Of a DNA stretch of 44,755 bases, positions 26,793-34,036 are shown one piece after another. The notes beneath the pieces are model-generated. The model was not told the origin of the DNA and ran no database searches. It saw only the letters and a program-made list of their open reading frames with translations. This stretch comes from an uncultured Gammaproteobacteria bacterium (GTDB lineage Bacteria > Patescibacteriota > Patescibacteriia > Patescibacteriales > UBA12465). Made by a program: the position numbers and the translations under genes. The DNA lies in assembly GCA_964604915.1 (NCBI GenBank), contig CAZSAA010000002.1:1783-46537 (forward strand), written 5' to 3'. The stretch's first letter is position 1. The number at the start of each line of letters is the position of its first letter.

Positions 26793-28358
26793 CTATACCA
26801 GGCTCTTTCCATCCATCTCTTCCGGCTTCGCTATTTTCAGGAGCTCCAAGATGGTGGGGGCGACGTTGGCCAAAGCGCCCTTGACCTTCTCCAAATAGAA
26901 TCTACCTTTATTACTTTGTCGAAAATCAGGATGGATGATGATAAAGGGAACCGGACTGTATGAATGTTCTTTGACGATCTCGCCGCTCTCGTTATCAAAC
27001 ATACTATCGGCATTGCCATGGTCAGCGGTAACTAAAAGGACACCGTGTTGTTTTGCCAACTCTCTATATATCCGGCTAAGACAACCATCTACCGTCTCTA
27101 TACCTTTGATTGCGGCCTTGATATTGCCGGTATGGCCGACCATGTCGGCATTGGCAAAATTTATCAATATGAAGGAATACTGGCCGGAACGGATGCCTGC
27201 CACCGCCTTATCGGCTATTTGCTTAGCCGACATGGCTGGCGCCTGAGCATAGCTCTCCACCCGTGGCGAAGGAATGACTTGCCTATCTTCCCCGGGAAAA
27301 GGCTTCTCTACCCCTCCATTGAAAAAATAGGTCACGTGTGCATATTTTTCCGTCTCCGCTAGGCGCAACTGTTTCAATCCCCGCTGGGATATTGTCTCCC
27401 CAAAACCTTGCTCGACATGTATCGGCGGGAAGGCTACTGCACAAGGCAAGTCCTTCTCATATCGTGTCATGGCTAAGAACACCAAGCCTTTTATCCTCCG
27501 TTTCCTTTCCAATTCCTGCGGCGTCTTATCAGCCACGAAGGCCTTGGTAAGCTGCCTGGCCCGATCAGCGCGGTAATTGAAAAAGATAACCGCATCCTTT
27601 GCGCAAATCTTGATTCGTTTCCCGATAGCAATCGGCGTCATCTCTTCATCATATATCCCTGCTTGGTATTTCGCCTTGATCCCCGCTTCGGCACTCTCGA
27701 ACATTTCGCCTTCGCCTTCGGTTATGAGCCGGTATGCTCGCTTAGTCCACTCCCAATGGTTATCGCGGTCCATGGCATAGAAGCGGCCGATAACGCTAGC
27801 TATCCTCCCCACCCCTATCTTTCTCATCTTTTCTTCCAATTTCTTCACGTACCTTATCCCGCTGTTATATGGCGTGTCACGGCCATCTAAAAATACGTGA
27901 ACCAAGATCTCCTTTACCTTATTTTCCTTAGCCGTCTCCAAAAGGGCGAAAAGGTGGTTGAGTGAAGAATGGACGCGGCCATCCGAGACTAGCCCCATGA
28001 TATGCAAAACTCCTTTTTCTTTCTTCACATGCGCTATCGCTTGGCCGAAAGCTTGATTTCTCCTGAAATCGCCATTTTTTATCGCTTCATCTATCCTTAA
28101 TATATCCTGACATACCACTCGACCAGCACCCAGATTCAAATGGCCGACTTCACTATTGCCGAAGACGCCGCTCGGTAGACCCACCTTCTTGCCCGAAGCT
28201 TCGAGCAGAAAACGTCGATATATTTTAGATGATTTATCAAAAAAGGGCGTCTTGGCTTGACTAATAGCGTTACCTTGGCCGGGACGAGTGATACCCCAAC
28301 CATCTAAGACCGCAAGTACTACGAGATTATATGGGGCTTTTATGGGATTATTAATCAT
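26793..28358 (-). CDS. gpmI: 2,3-bisphosphoglycerate-independent phosphoglycerate mutase
   Basis: VLAVLDGWG, NSEVGHLNLGAGR, FANADMVGHTG and VTADHGNAD are present. The protein is 521 aa. Confidence 0.93.
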   Translation of the reverse strand: MINNPIKAPYNLVVLAVLDGWGITRPGQGNAISQAKTPFFDKSSKIYRRFLLEASGKKVGLPSGVFGNSEVGHLNLGAGRVVCQDILRIDEAIKNGDFRRNQAFGQAIAHVKKEKGVLHIMGLVSDGRVHSSLNHLFALLETAKENKVKEILVHVFLDGRDTPYNSGIRYVKKLEEKMRKIGVGRIASVIGRFYAMDRDNHWEWTKRAYRLITEGEGEMFESAEAGIKAKYQAGIYDEEMTPIAIGKRIKICAKDAVIFFNYRADRARQLTKAFVADKTPQELERKRRIKGLVFLAMTRYEKDLPCAVAFPPIHVEQGFGETISQRGLKQLRLAETEKYAHVTYFFNGGVEKPFPGEDRQVIPSPRVESYAQAPAMSAKQIADKAVAGIRSGQYSFILINFANADMVGHTGNIKAAIKGIETVDGCLSRIYRELAKQHGVLLVTADHGNADSMFDNESGEIVKEHSYSPVPFIIIHPDFRQSNKGRFYLEKVKGALANVAPTILELLKIAKPEEMDGKSLV

Positions 28359-28424
28359 TTTGGTAAAATTATAAAACTATTTGATGTAATAATAGGAAAA
28401 AAATTATGAAATTATTACTTTGTC

Positions 28425-28453
28425 ATTATAGCAAATTGACTATAAAACAGCAA
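28425..28453 (-). promoter_or_regulatory. Candidate promoter of gpmI (extended -10)
   Basis: The minus strand reads TTGCTG-17 nt-(TGC)TATAAT. A second TATAAT (28373-28368) lies 9 nt from the ATG. Confidence 0.45.
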
Positions 28454-28465
28454 AGATGATAGTAT
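28436..28465 (+). promoter_or_regulatory. Candidate promoter of the LysM/M23 gene
   Basis: TTGACT (28436-28441), an 18-nt spacer, then TAGTAT (28460-28465). A second TTGACT starts at 28465. Confidence 0.35.
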
Positions 28466-28543
28466 TGACTGTATCTAACAGGCACTAAAAATATCGCCGA
28501 ACAACTTGGATCCAAACTGAAAAACCTAATAATCAGCTTCTTG

Positions 28544-29884
28544 ATGCTGATAGTCAAGCTGCTCATGCTTGTCCGTTATGTGATAGGCAAAGCCATCCTG
28601 GCCATCTCGCTAGTCATAAGAGGCATCTTCCGGATATTCTTCTTCAGGCCGCTCCTAAAGCTGTATTATATCGTCTTCCGGCTGAAGAAATCCGGCGTGG
28701 TAGACACTTCCGTCGAGCGCACGATACGGCGCAATATGGGCTCTTTTTTAGTAATGCTACTCTTGCTCATCGTCATCAGCCTCAACGTATTCACTAAGAA
28801 GATAAGCGCGGACACGAGCAAACTCAGTCAGACTATCATCGCTTCGCTGATCCAGAACGAGTTTAGCTCCCTGACCGAAGAAGAGCTCATCGCGCAAGGA
28901 GCGATGTCCGTTGGTGACATCTCGACCGAGAAATATTTCTCGACCGACAGCTCGCTCAAAAAACCGTCAGAAAGTTGGGAAGAAGAAAGTGGGGCTGGCG
29001 AAGGCTGGCTTACTATGTCGGTCATCAAGGAAAGGGGAGTAATTACCCGCTACCAATCGATTTCCATGGCCCAGCAATCATCCGAAACCACTCCTGAACA
29101 AGGTTCCCCCGCTAAGCGTACGGAAATAATCAACTACACCGTCGCTCAAGGCGATACGATAAGCGGGATAGCCAAGCGTTTCGGCATCAATATAAATACC
29201 GTACTCTGGTCCAATAACCTTACCGCATACAGCCTGATAAAGCCCGGCGACAAACTTACTATCCTGCCGGTTTCTGGCTGGATATATAAGGTTAAAAGCG
29301 GCGATGTCATGGGCAAGCTAGCTTCTAACTACAATGTGACCGTCGACGCTATCATGACGGCCAATAACCTAGACTCTGCTTCTCTACGCATCGGACAATC
29401 CATTATCATCCCGGGTGATAAGCGCCCGACAAGCAGCGGTGCCACCCAGACCGCCGGCGGCTCAAAGCCATCTACCCCTTCTAGCCCCGCCAGCACACCG
29501 GCTGGCCAAGCACCTGATGATGCGGGCGGCAAAATGATCTGGCCCACTGTCGGCCACCGTATTACCCAGTACTATTCCCTGAAGCATACCGGTCTTGATA
29601 TCGCCAACAAGACTGGCACACCAGTCTATGCAGCGGAAGATGGTACCGTCATCCTCTCAGGCTGGTCGACCGGCTATGGTTATAACATCGTCATCGACCA
29701 TGGCAATGGCTATAAGACGAGATACGCCCACTCTTCCAACCTGGAAGTATCGGTCGGCGACAAGGTCACCCGCGGACAAGAGATAATGAAGATGGGCTCG
29801 ACCGGCTGGTCGACCGGACCGCACTTGCATTTCGAAGTCATAATAAGTGGCGGCAAGAAAAACCCCCTTAGTTATATAAAATAA
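28544..29884 (+). CDS. LysM-domain M23 family metallopeptidase (murein DD-endopeptidase-like)
   Basis: There are two LysM repeats (YTVAQGDTISGIAKRFGIN... and YKVKSGDVMGKLASNYNV...). A Pro/Ser/Thr linker follows. M23 motifs are HTGLDIA, IDHGNGYKTRYAH and GPHLHFEV. The start is uncertain: TTG 28541, ATG 28544 or ATG 28736. Confidence 0.88.
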   Translation: MLIVKLLMLVRYVIGKAILAISLVIRGIFRIFFFRPLLKLYYIVFRLKKSGVVDTSVERTIRRNMGSFLVMLLLLIVISLNVFTKKISADTSKLSQTIIASLIQNEFSSLTEEELIAQGAMSVGDISTEKYFSTDSSLKKPSESWEEESGAGEGWLTMSVIKERGVITRYQSISMAQQSSETTPEQGSPAKRTEIINYTVAQGDTISGIAKRFGININTVLWSNNLTAYSLIKPGDKLTILPVSGWIYKVKSGDVMGKLASNYNVTVDAIMTANNLDSASLRIGQSIIIPGDKRPTSSGATQTAGGSKPSTPSSPASTPAGQAPDDAGGKMIWPTVGHRITQYYSLKHTGLDIANKTGTPVYAAEDGTVILSGWSTGYGYNIVIDHGNGYKTRYAHSSNLEVSVGDKVTRGQEIMKMGSTGWSTGPHLHFEVIISGGKKNPLSYIK

Positions 29885-29888
29885 CCGT

Positions 29889-30143
29889 ATGAAAATCGTA
29901 TTGGGCATCGCGCTGATCGCGCTCGGCAGTTTCCTAGTCATCAAAACCGAATGGTTCCTGCAAAATTTCGGCCGTTTACGCTGGTTCGAAGAGAAGCTGG
30001 GAGCGGATGGCGGCAGTCGTTTAGGCTATAAGCTGATCGGCATCGTTATCGCCTTCTTCGGCATAATCCTCGCCACCGGCACCTCGGATGACTTCTTCAC
30101 CTGGATGCTAAAACCTCTTATTAACTCGGGCGGCGGACAATAG
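29889..30143 (+). CDS. Hypothetical small two-TM membrane protein (84 aa)
   Basis: It has two hydrophobic helices (IVLGIALIALGSFLVI and LIGIVIAFFGIILA). It starts 4 nt after the M23 gene stop. Confidence 0.55.
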   Translation: MKIVLGIALIALGSFLVIKTEWFLQNFGRLRWFEEKLGADGGSRLGYKLIGIVIAFFGIILATGTSDDFFTWMLKPLINSGGGQ

Positions 30144-30172
30144 TTGCCTTATCGCAAGTTTCTGTCTATACT
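30144..30172 (+). promoter_or_regulatory. Candidate promoter of the tRNA-Val/tRNA-Pro pair
   Basis: TTGCCT (30144-30149), a 17-nt spacer, then TATACT (30167-30172), about 19 nt upstream of the tRNA-Val 5' end. Confidence 0.5.
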
Positions 30173-30190
30173 AGTGTAAGAAAGTGGCCT

Positions 30191-30263
30191 GGGCCCTTAG
30201 CTCAGTTGGTAGAGCATCTGCCTTACAAGCAGAGGGTCAGGAGTTCGAGTCTCCTAGGGTCCA
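30191..30263 (+). tRNA. tRNA-Val: tRNA-Val (anticodon UAC)
   Basis: Folded by hand. The acceptor stem is GGGCCCU/AGGGUCC. The D-loop is AGCUCAGUUGGUAGAGC. The anticodon stem UCUGC/GCAGA carries loop CUUACAA. The T-arm is AGGAG-UUCGAGU-CUCCU. The discriminator is A and no CCA is encoded. Confidence 0.9.
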
Positions 30264-30268
30264 CAGTT

Positions 30269-30340
30269 CGGGCTGTGGTATAAAGGCTATTATACACGCT
30301 TCGGGTGCGTGTGATCCCGGTTCAATTCCGGGCAGCCCGA
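30269..30340 (+). tRNA. tRNA-Pro: tRNA-Pro (anticodon CGG)
   Basis: Folded by hand. The acceptor stem is CGGGCUG/CAGCCCG with the C1-G72 pair and A73 typical of bacterial tRNA-Pro. The anticodon stem CACGC/GCGUG carries loop UUCGGGU. The T-arm is CCCGG-UUCAAUU-CCGGG. The D-arm is AT-rich with one mismatch, and no CCA is encoded. Confidence 0.85.
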
Positions 30341-30395
30341 CAACAGAATAAGCAGGATAATCCGCCAAAAAACGGATTACGGAGATAGCATCCAT

Positions 30396-31862
30396 ATGAT
30401 CGACTTCAAGAAAAAAATAGAAGAGCTTGAGCAGTCGGAAAGACAGGAAGCAGGCGATATCTCCGAGGAAGTCCTCATCCAGGGTAAACGCACCAAGAGG
30501 ATAACCAGGATAATCATCGCCGTACTGATATTAGGCATCATCTTTTCCGGCAATGTCCTTATCTCCAGCCAGACCGGACACGACTGGTTCGGCACGAACA
30601 TCTTGAACCGGGTCAAGAAGCTCACCGAAAGCGAAGATAACAAGCTCAAAGGCGAAGAACAAGACAGGATAAACATCCTGCTTTTAGGTATGGGGGGAGA
30701 AAACCATGAAGGCGGCTACCTGACTGATACTATCATGCTGGCAAGCATCCAGCCTTCGACTAAGAAAGTCTCCCTCATTTCCATTCCCCGTGACTTGGTC
30801 GTACCAATCGAAGGCTATGGCTGGCGGAAGATAAATAGCATCAATGCCTTGGCAGAAAGCGATGAGTCAGGCAGTGGTGGCCCGGCTACCATGGAAACGC
30901 TAAGTTCGGTCTTCGACATCCCTATTCACTATTACGTCCGCATCGACTTCCAGGGCTTCATCGATATCATCGACGAGCTCGGCGGATTAGAAGTCAATGT
31001 TGAGAACGCTTTCGATGACTACAGCTACCCCATCAAAGGACGCGAGGATGCCGCCGACTATTACTCTCGATTCGAGCATCTTCATTTCGATGCCGGATTG
31101 CAGAATATGGATGGCGAAACCGCCCTCAAATACGCCCGCAGCCGCCATGCCTATGGCAGCGAAGGCACCGACTTCGCCCGCGCCAGGCGCCAACAGATAA
31201 TCATCCAAGCGGCTAAAGACAAGCTGCTCTCCCGCGGCAATATTCTCAAGCCAGGCATGGTCACCCGGGTCATCAGCGAGCTTAGCGACAGCATTGATAC
31301 CGATATCAGCGTCTGGGAAATAATCCGGCTCTGGGATAAATACCGCGATGTTGATAAAGCCAATATTAGCAGCTTTGTCTTCAGTAATAGCCCGGAAGGT
31401 TTTCTGGTAGACTCTCGGGGAGAAGACGGCGCCTATATATTGGTTCCGTCGAGCGGCAACTTCCAGAAGATAAATAACCATATCAAGGGTATATTCGGAG
31501 ATACCTCTACTTCATCTTCCCTATCAGATAAAACCGCTGAATTGCCAAAGATAGATATAAATGCTAAGGTCATTGTCCTCAACGGCACCTGGATAACCGG
31601 ACTGGCTGGTACCACGGCCGGTACTCTGCAGGCGGATGGGTTCGACATCGTGCAAGTAGGTAACGCCGGCGTAAGGGATTATAGTGATTCAATAATATAC
31701 GATCTAAGCTTCGGCGCCAAAAATGAGCAATTGGAATACATGAAGGATAGCCTCGACGCCAAGCAAGCCTCGGAAATTCCTACTTGGCTTAGCGACGTTA
31801 TCAACGCCCAAGCCTCCTCCAGCCCCGACTTCGTCCTCATCCTCGGAACATCTGCGCAGTAA
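30396..31862 (+). CDS. LytR-CpsA-Psr (LCP) family cell-envelope polymer transferase with C-terminal LytR_C-like domain
   Basis: An N-terminal TM anchor is followed by RINILLLGMGGENHEGGYLTDTIMLASI and ISIPRDL, the LCP core. GGAGA lies 10 nt upstream of the ATG. Confidence 0.85.
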   Translation: MIDFKKKIEELEQSERQEAGDISEEVLIQGKRTKRITRIIIAVLILGIIFSGNVLISSQTGHDWFGTNILNRVKKLTESEDNKLKGEEQDRINILLLGMGGENHEGGYLTDTIMLASIQPSTKKVSLISIPRDLVVPIEGYGWRKINSINALAESDESGSGGPATMETLSSVFDIPIHYYVRIDFQGFIDIIDELGGLEVNVENAFDDYSYPIKGREDAADYYSRFEHLHFDAGLQNMDGETALKYARSRHAYGSEGTDFARARRQQIIIQAAKDKLLSRGNILKPGMVTRVISELSDSIDTDISVWEIIRLWDKYRDVDKANISSFVFSNSPEGFLVDSRGEDGAYILVPSSGNFQKINNHIKGIFGDTSTSSSLSDKTAELPKIDINAKVIVLNGTWITGLAGTTAGTLQADGFDIVQVGNAGVRDYSDSIIYDLSFGAKNEQLEYMKDSLDAKQASEIPTWLSDVINAQASSSPDFVLILGTSAQ

Positions 31863-31872
31863 CAATAGATAT

Positions 31873-33270
31873 ATGGAACAAACGGACGCCAACCGGCTCC
31901 CGACCGTAGCGATCTTCGGCCGGACTAATGTCGGCAAATCGACTCTTTTTAACCGCCTCATCGAGAGCAAGCAGGCGCTCGTTTCGGCTATCCCCGGCAC
32001 CACGCGCGATAGCAATGAGAACGTCGCTTCCTGGCAAGGGAGGGATTTCCGTTTGGTAGACACAGCTGGACTCATGGATGCTCTGTTTATCTCTAATGAC
32101 AAGAAAGCGGAAAATGATATCGACCAGAAAGCCCAGAAACAAGTAGCAAAATATCTCAAGGAAGCCGATGTCCTGATATTCCTGGTGGATAATAAGGATG
32201 GCTTGATGCCGGAAGACCGGGAAATCGCCAGACTCATCCGCCGCCGCCCTCATTACGTTGCCAAATCGATCCTCACCGCCAATAAGGTGGACAATTTCAA
32301 GCAAGCTGGCGAATCATCGCAATTTAACCGCTTGGGACTTGGCGAACCGATGCTTATTTCCGCGGCGACCGGATCCGGTACGGGCGACCTGCTCGACCGT
32401 ATCATGGCCCTGCTGCCAGAAAACCCAAGTACTAATATAGAAAAGAACGAAGAGGGAAAGAAACCCCCTATCCGCGTCTGCCTCGTAGGCAAACCTAACG
32501 TCGGCAAATCTTCTTTCTTCAACCGGATCATCGGCTATGAGAAGGCGATAGTCAGCGAGATACCTCACACCACTCGTGAACCGAAAGATACCGAGATATC
32601 ATACCAAGGCCGCCAGTTCGTCTTTATCGACACAGCCGGCCTTTCCAAACACGGACATAAGCAGGAAACTCTAGAAAAATACAGCATGAGCAAGAGCTTG
32701 CGGGCCCTGGACGAATCGGATGTGGCGCTATTGATGATTGATGTTTCCGATGAAATCACCCACCAAGACCTCAAGATTTCCGAAGAAGTGGTCAAACGCC
32801 GCAAAAGTGCGATCATTATCGCCAACAAATGGGACGCCGTACCAGACAGGGACATGAAGAAAGCTACCCTCCTGATCCAAGACCGCTTCCCCTTCATCGC
32901 CTGGGTCCCTATCCATTTCGTCTCAGCTAAAAACGGCTTCTCCGTCAATCAGATGCTTGATATGATAATCAGTGCCTATGACGCCCGCGCCATCTCCCTT
33001 AGCAACTCCCAGCTCTCCCATTTCCTGAACAAGATCGTAAAAATCCATCCCCCAGCTAAGGGCAAGGGCATCAAGGCTCCCCGCATATACGAGCTAACCC
33101 AACCAGAAAACAACCCACCCTTCTTCGAAGTCCGGGTCGGCACTAACGACAATCTCCATTTCTCATACGTACGCTTCATGGAGAACCAACTACGGAAAAC
33201 TTTCGGCTTCTTCGCCACCCCTATCACCTTGGCGGTAACGCGCGGACGCCGCAAACAAAAAGGCGCTTGA
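31873..33270 (+). CDS. der: Ribosome-associated GTPase Der/EngA
   Basis: Two tandem GTPase domains are present (GRTNVGKSTLFN/DTAG/NKVD and GKPNVGKSSFFN/DTAG/NKWD). A KH-like C-terminus follows. Confidence 0.93.
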   Translation: MEQTDANRLPTVAIFGRTNVGKSTLFNRLIESKQALVSAIPGTTRDSNENVASWQGRDFRLVDTAGLMDALFISNDKKAENDIDQKAQKQVAKYLKEADVLIFLVDNKDGLMPEDREIARLIRRRPHYVAKSILTANKVDNFKQAGESSQFNRLGLGEPMLISAATGSGTGDLLDRIMALLPENPSTNIEKNEEGKKPPIRVCLVGKPNVGKSSFFNRIIGYEKAIVSEIPHTTREPKDTEISYQGRQFVFIDTAGLSKHGHKQETLEKYSMSKSLRALDESDVALLMIDVSDEITHQDLKISEEVVKRRKSAIIIANKWDAVPDRDMKKATLLIQDRFPFIAWVPIHFVSAKNGFSVNQMLDMIISAYDARAISLSNSQLSHFLNKIVKIHPPAKGKGIKAPRIYELTQPENNPPFFEVRVGTNDNLHFSYVRFMENQLRKTFGFFATPITLAVTRGRRKQKGA

Positions 33271-33328
33271 GCATATCAGCGCCTTTCCCATTTTATCCTC
33301 CCATAATATCATATATAATATCATCAGT

Positions 33329-33871
33329 ATGAAAGTAGTCATTGCTCTGGGCAACCCCGGGGAAAAATATGAACGGACTAGGCATAATGCTGGCTGGCTC
33401 GTCTTGGACGAATACCTGGCTGGTGAAACTTGGCGCCATGAGAAGCGCTTCGAGGCCTTAGTCTGCGAAAAGGGTGGCATAATCTTCGCCAAGCCCCTCA
33501 CTTTCATGAACGAATCCGGACGCAGCGCCCGCAAGATCCTCTCATACTATCATCTCCTACCCAGATTCATGGGAATTACCAAGAAAGGGGCTGATCTATC
33601 CGATGTCCTAGCCGTCATCCATGACGATATCGATCTGGAGCTAGGAAAGAACAAACTAGATAAGGGGCGCAGCAGTGCTGGGCATAAAGGAGTCCAATCG
33701 ATAATCACCGAGCTAAAAACTAAGGATTTTTCCCGGCTGCGCATCGGCATAAAGAACGATTTGGCTAAGACTGTCATCCCCACCCTCTCCTTCGTCCTGC
33801 AACGCTTTAGCGGCGAAGAGCTAGAAACGATAAAAAAAGCCAGCTCGCAGGTAAGCGAACTGGCGCGATGA
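33329..33871 (+). CDS. pth: Peptidyl-tRNA hydrolase
   Basis: ALGNPGEKYERTRHNAGW, FMNESG and HDDIDL are present. The protein is 180 aa. Confidence 0.9.
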   Translation: MKVVIALGNPGEKYERTRHNAGWLVLDEYLAGETWRHEKRFEALVCEKGGIIFAKPLTFMNESGRSARKILSYYHLLPRFMGITKKGADLSDVLAVIHDDIDLELGKNKLDKGRSSAGHKGVQSIITELKTKDFSRLRIGIKNDLAKTVIPTLSFVLQRFSGEELETIKKASSQVSELAR

Positions 33872-34036
33872 TGAGCTGACTTCCGATTTCCTGCCTATAG
33901 GCACCAAAGAATGGGGACAATAAGGAGGAGTAATTGCCGACCATTCCATCGGAGCCGTATAAGCAAGAAGCCGGAGGCTAGCTCGAGGAAAAATCATATT
34001 AACAGCCGTAAAAGCGCTTGTCAAGATAATAAAATT

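Noticed and set aside
28401-28455. A short plus-strand ORF (MKLLLCHYSKLTIKQQR) in the gpmI/M23 intergenic region.
   Set aside because: It has only 17 codons and overlaps the promoter elements of both divergent genes. It has no convincing RBS and no distinctive composition.
30358-30379. The hairpin TAATCCG-n8-CGGATTA between tRNA-Pro and the LCP gene, considered as a terminator.
   Set aside because: No U-tract follows it. The stem is short and AT-rich, and the LCP gene's GGAGA RBS follows immediately. At most it is a processing or weak pause element.
33911-34036. A 42-aa N-terminal extension of topA, as given in the ORF track.
   Set aside because: The conserved type IA N-terminus (MQLIIVESPTKAK) begins at ATG 34037. 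The extension is highly basic and has no family counterpart that I know. An in-frame read-through of a spacer seems more likely.
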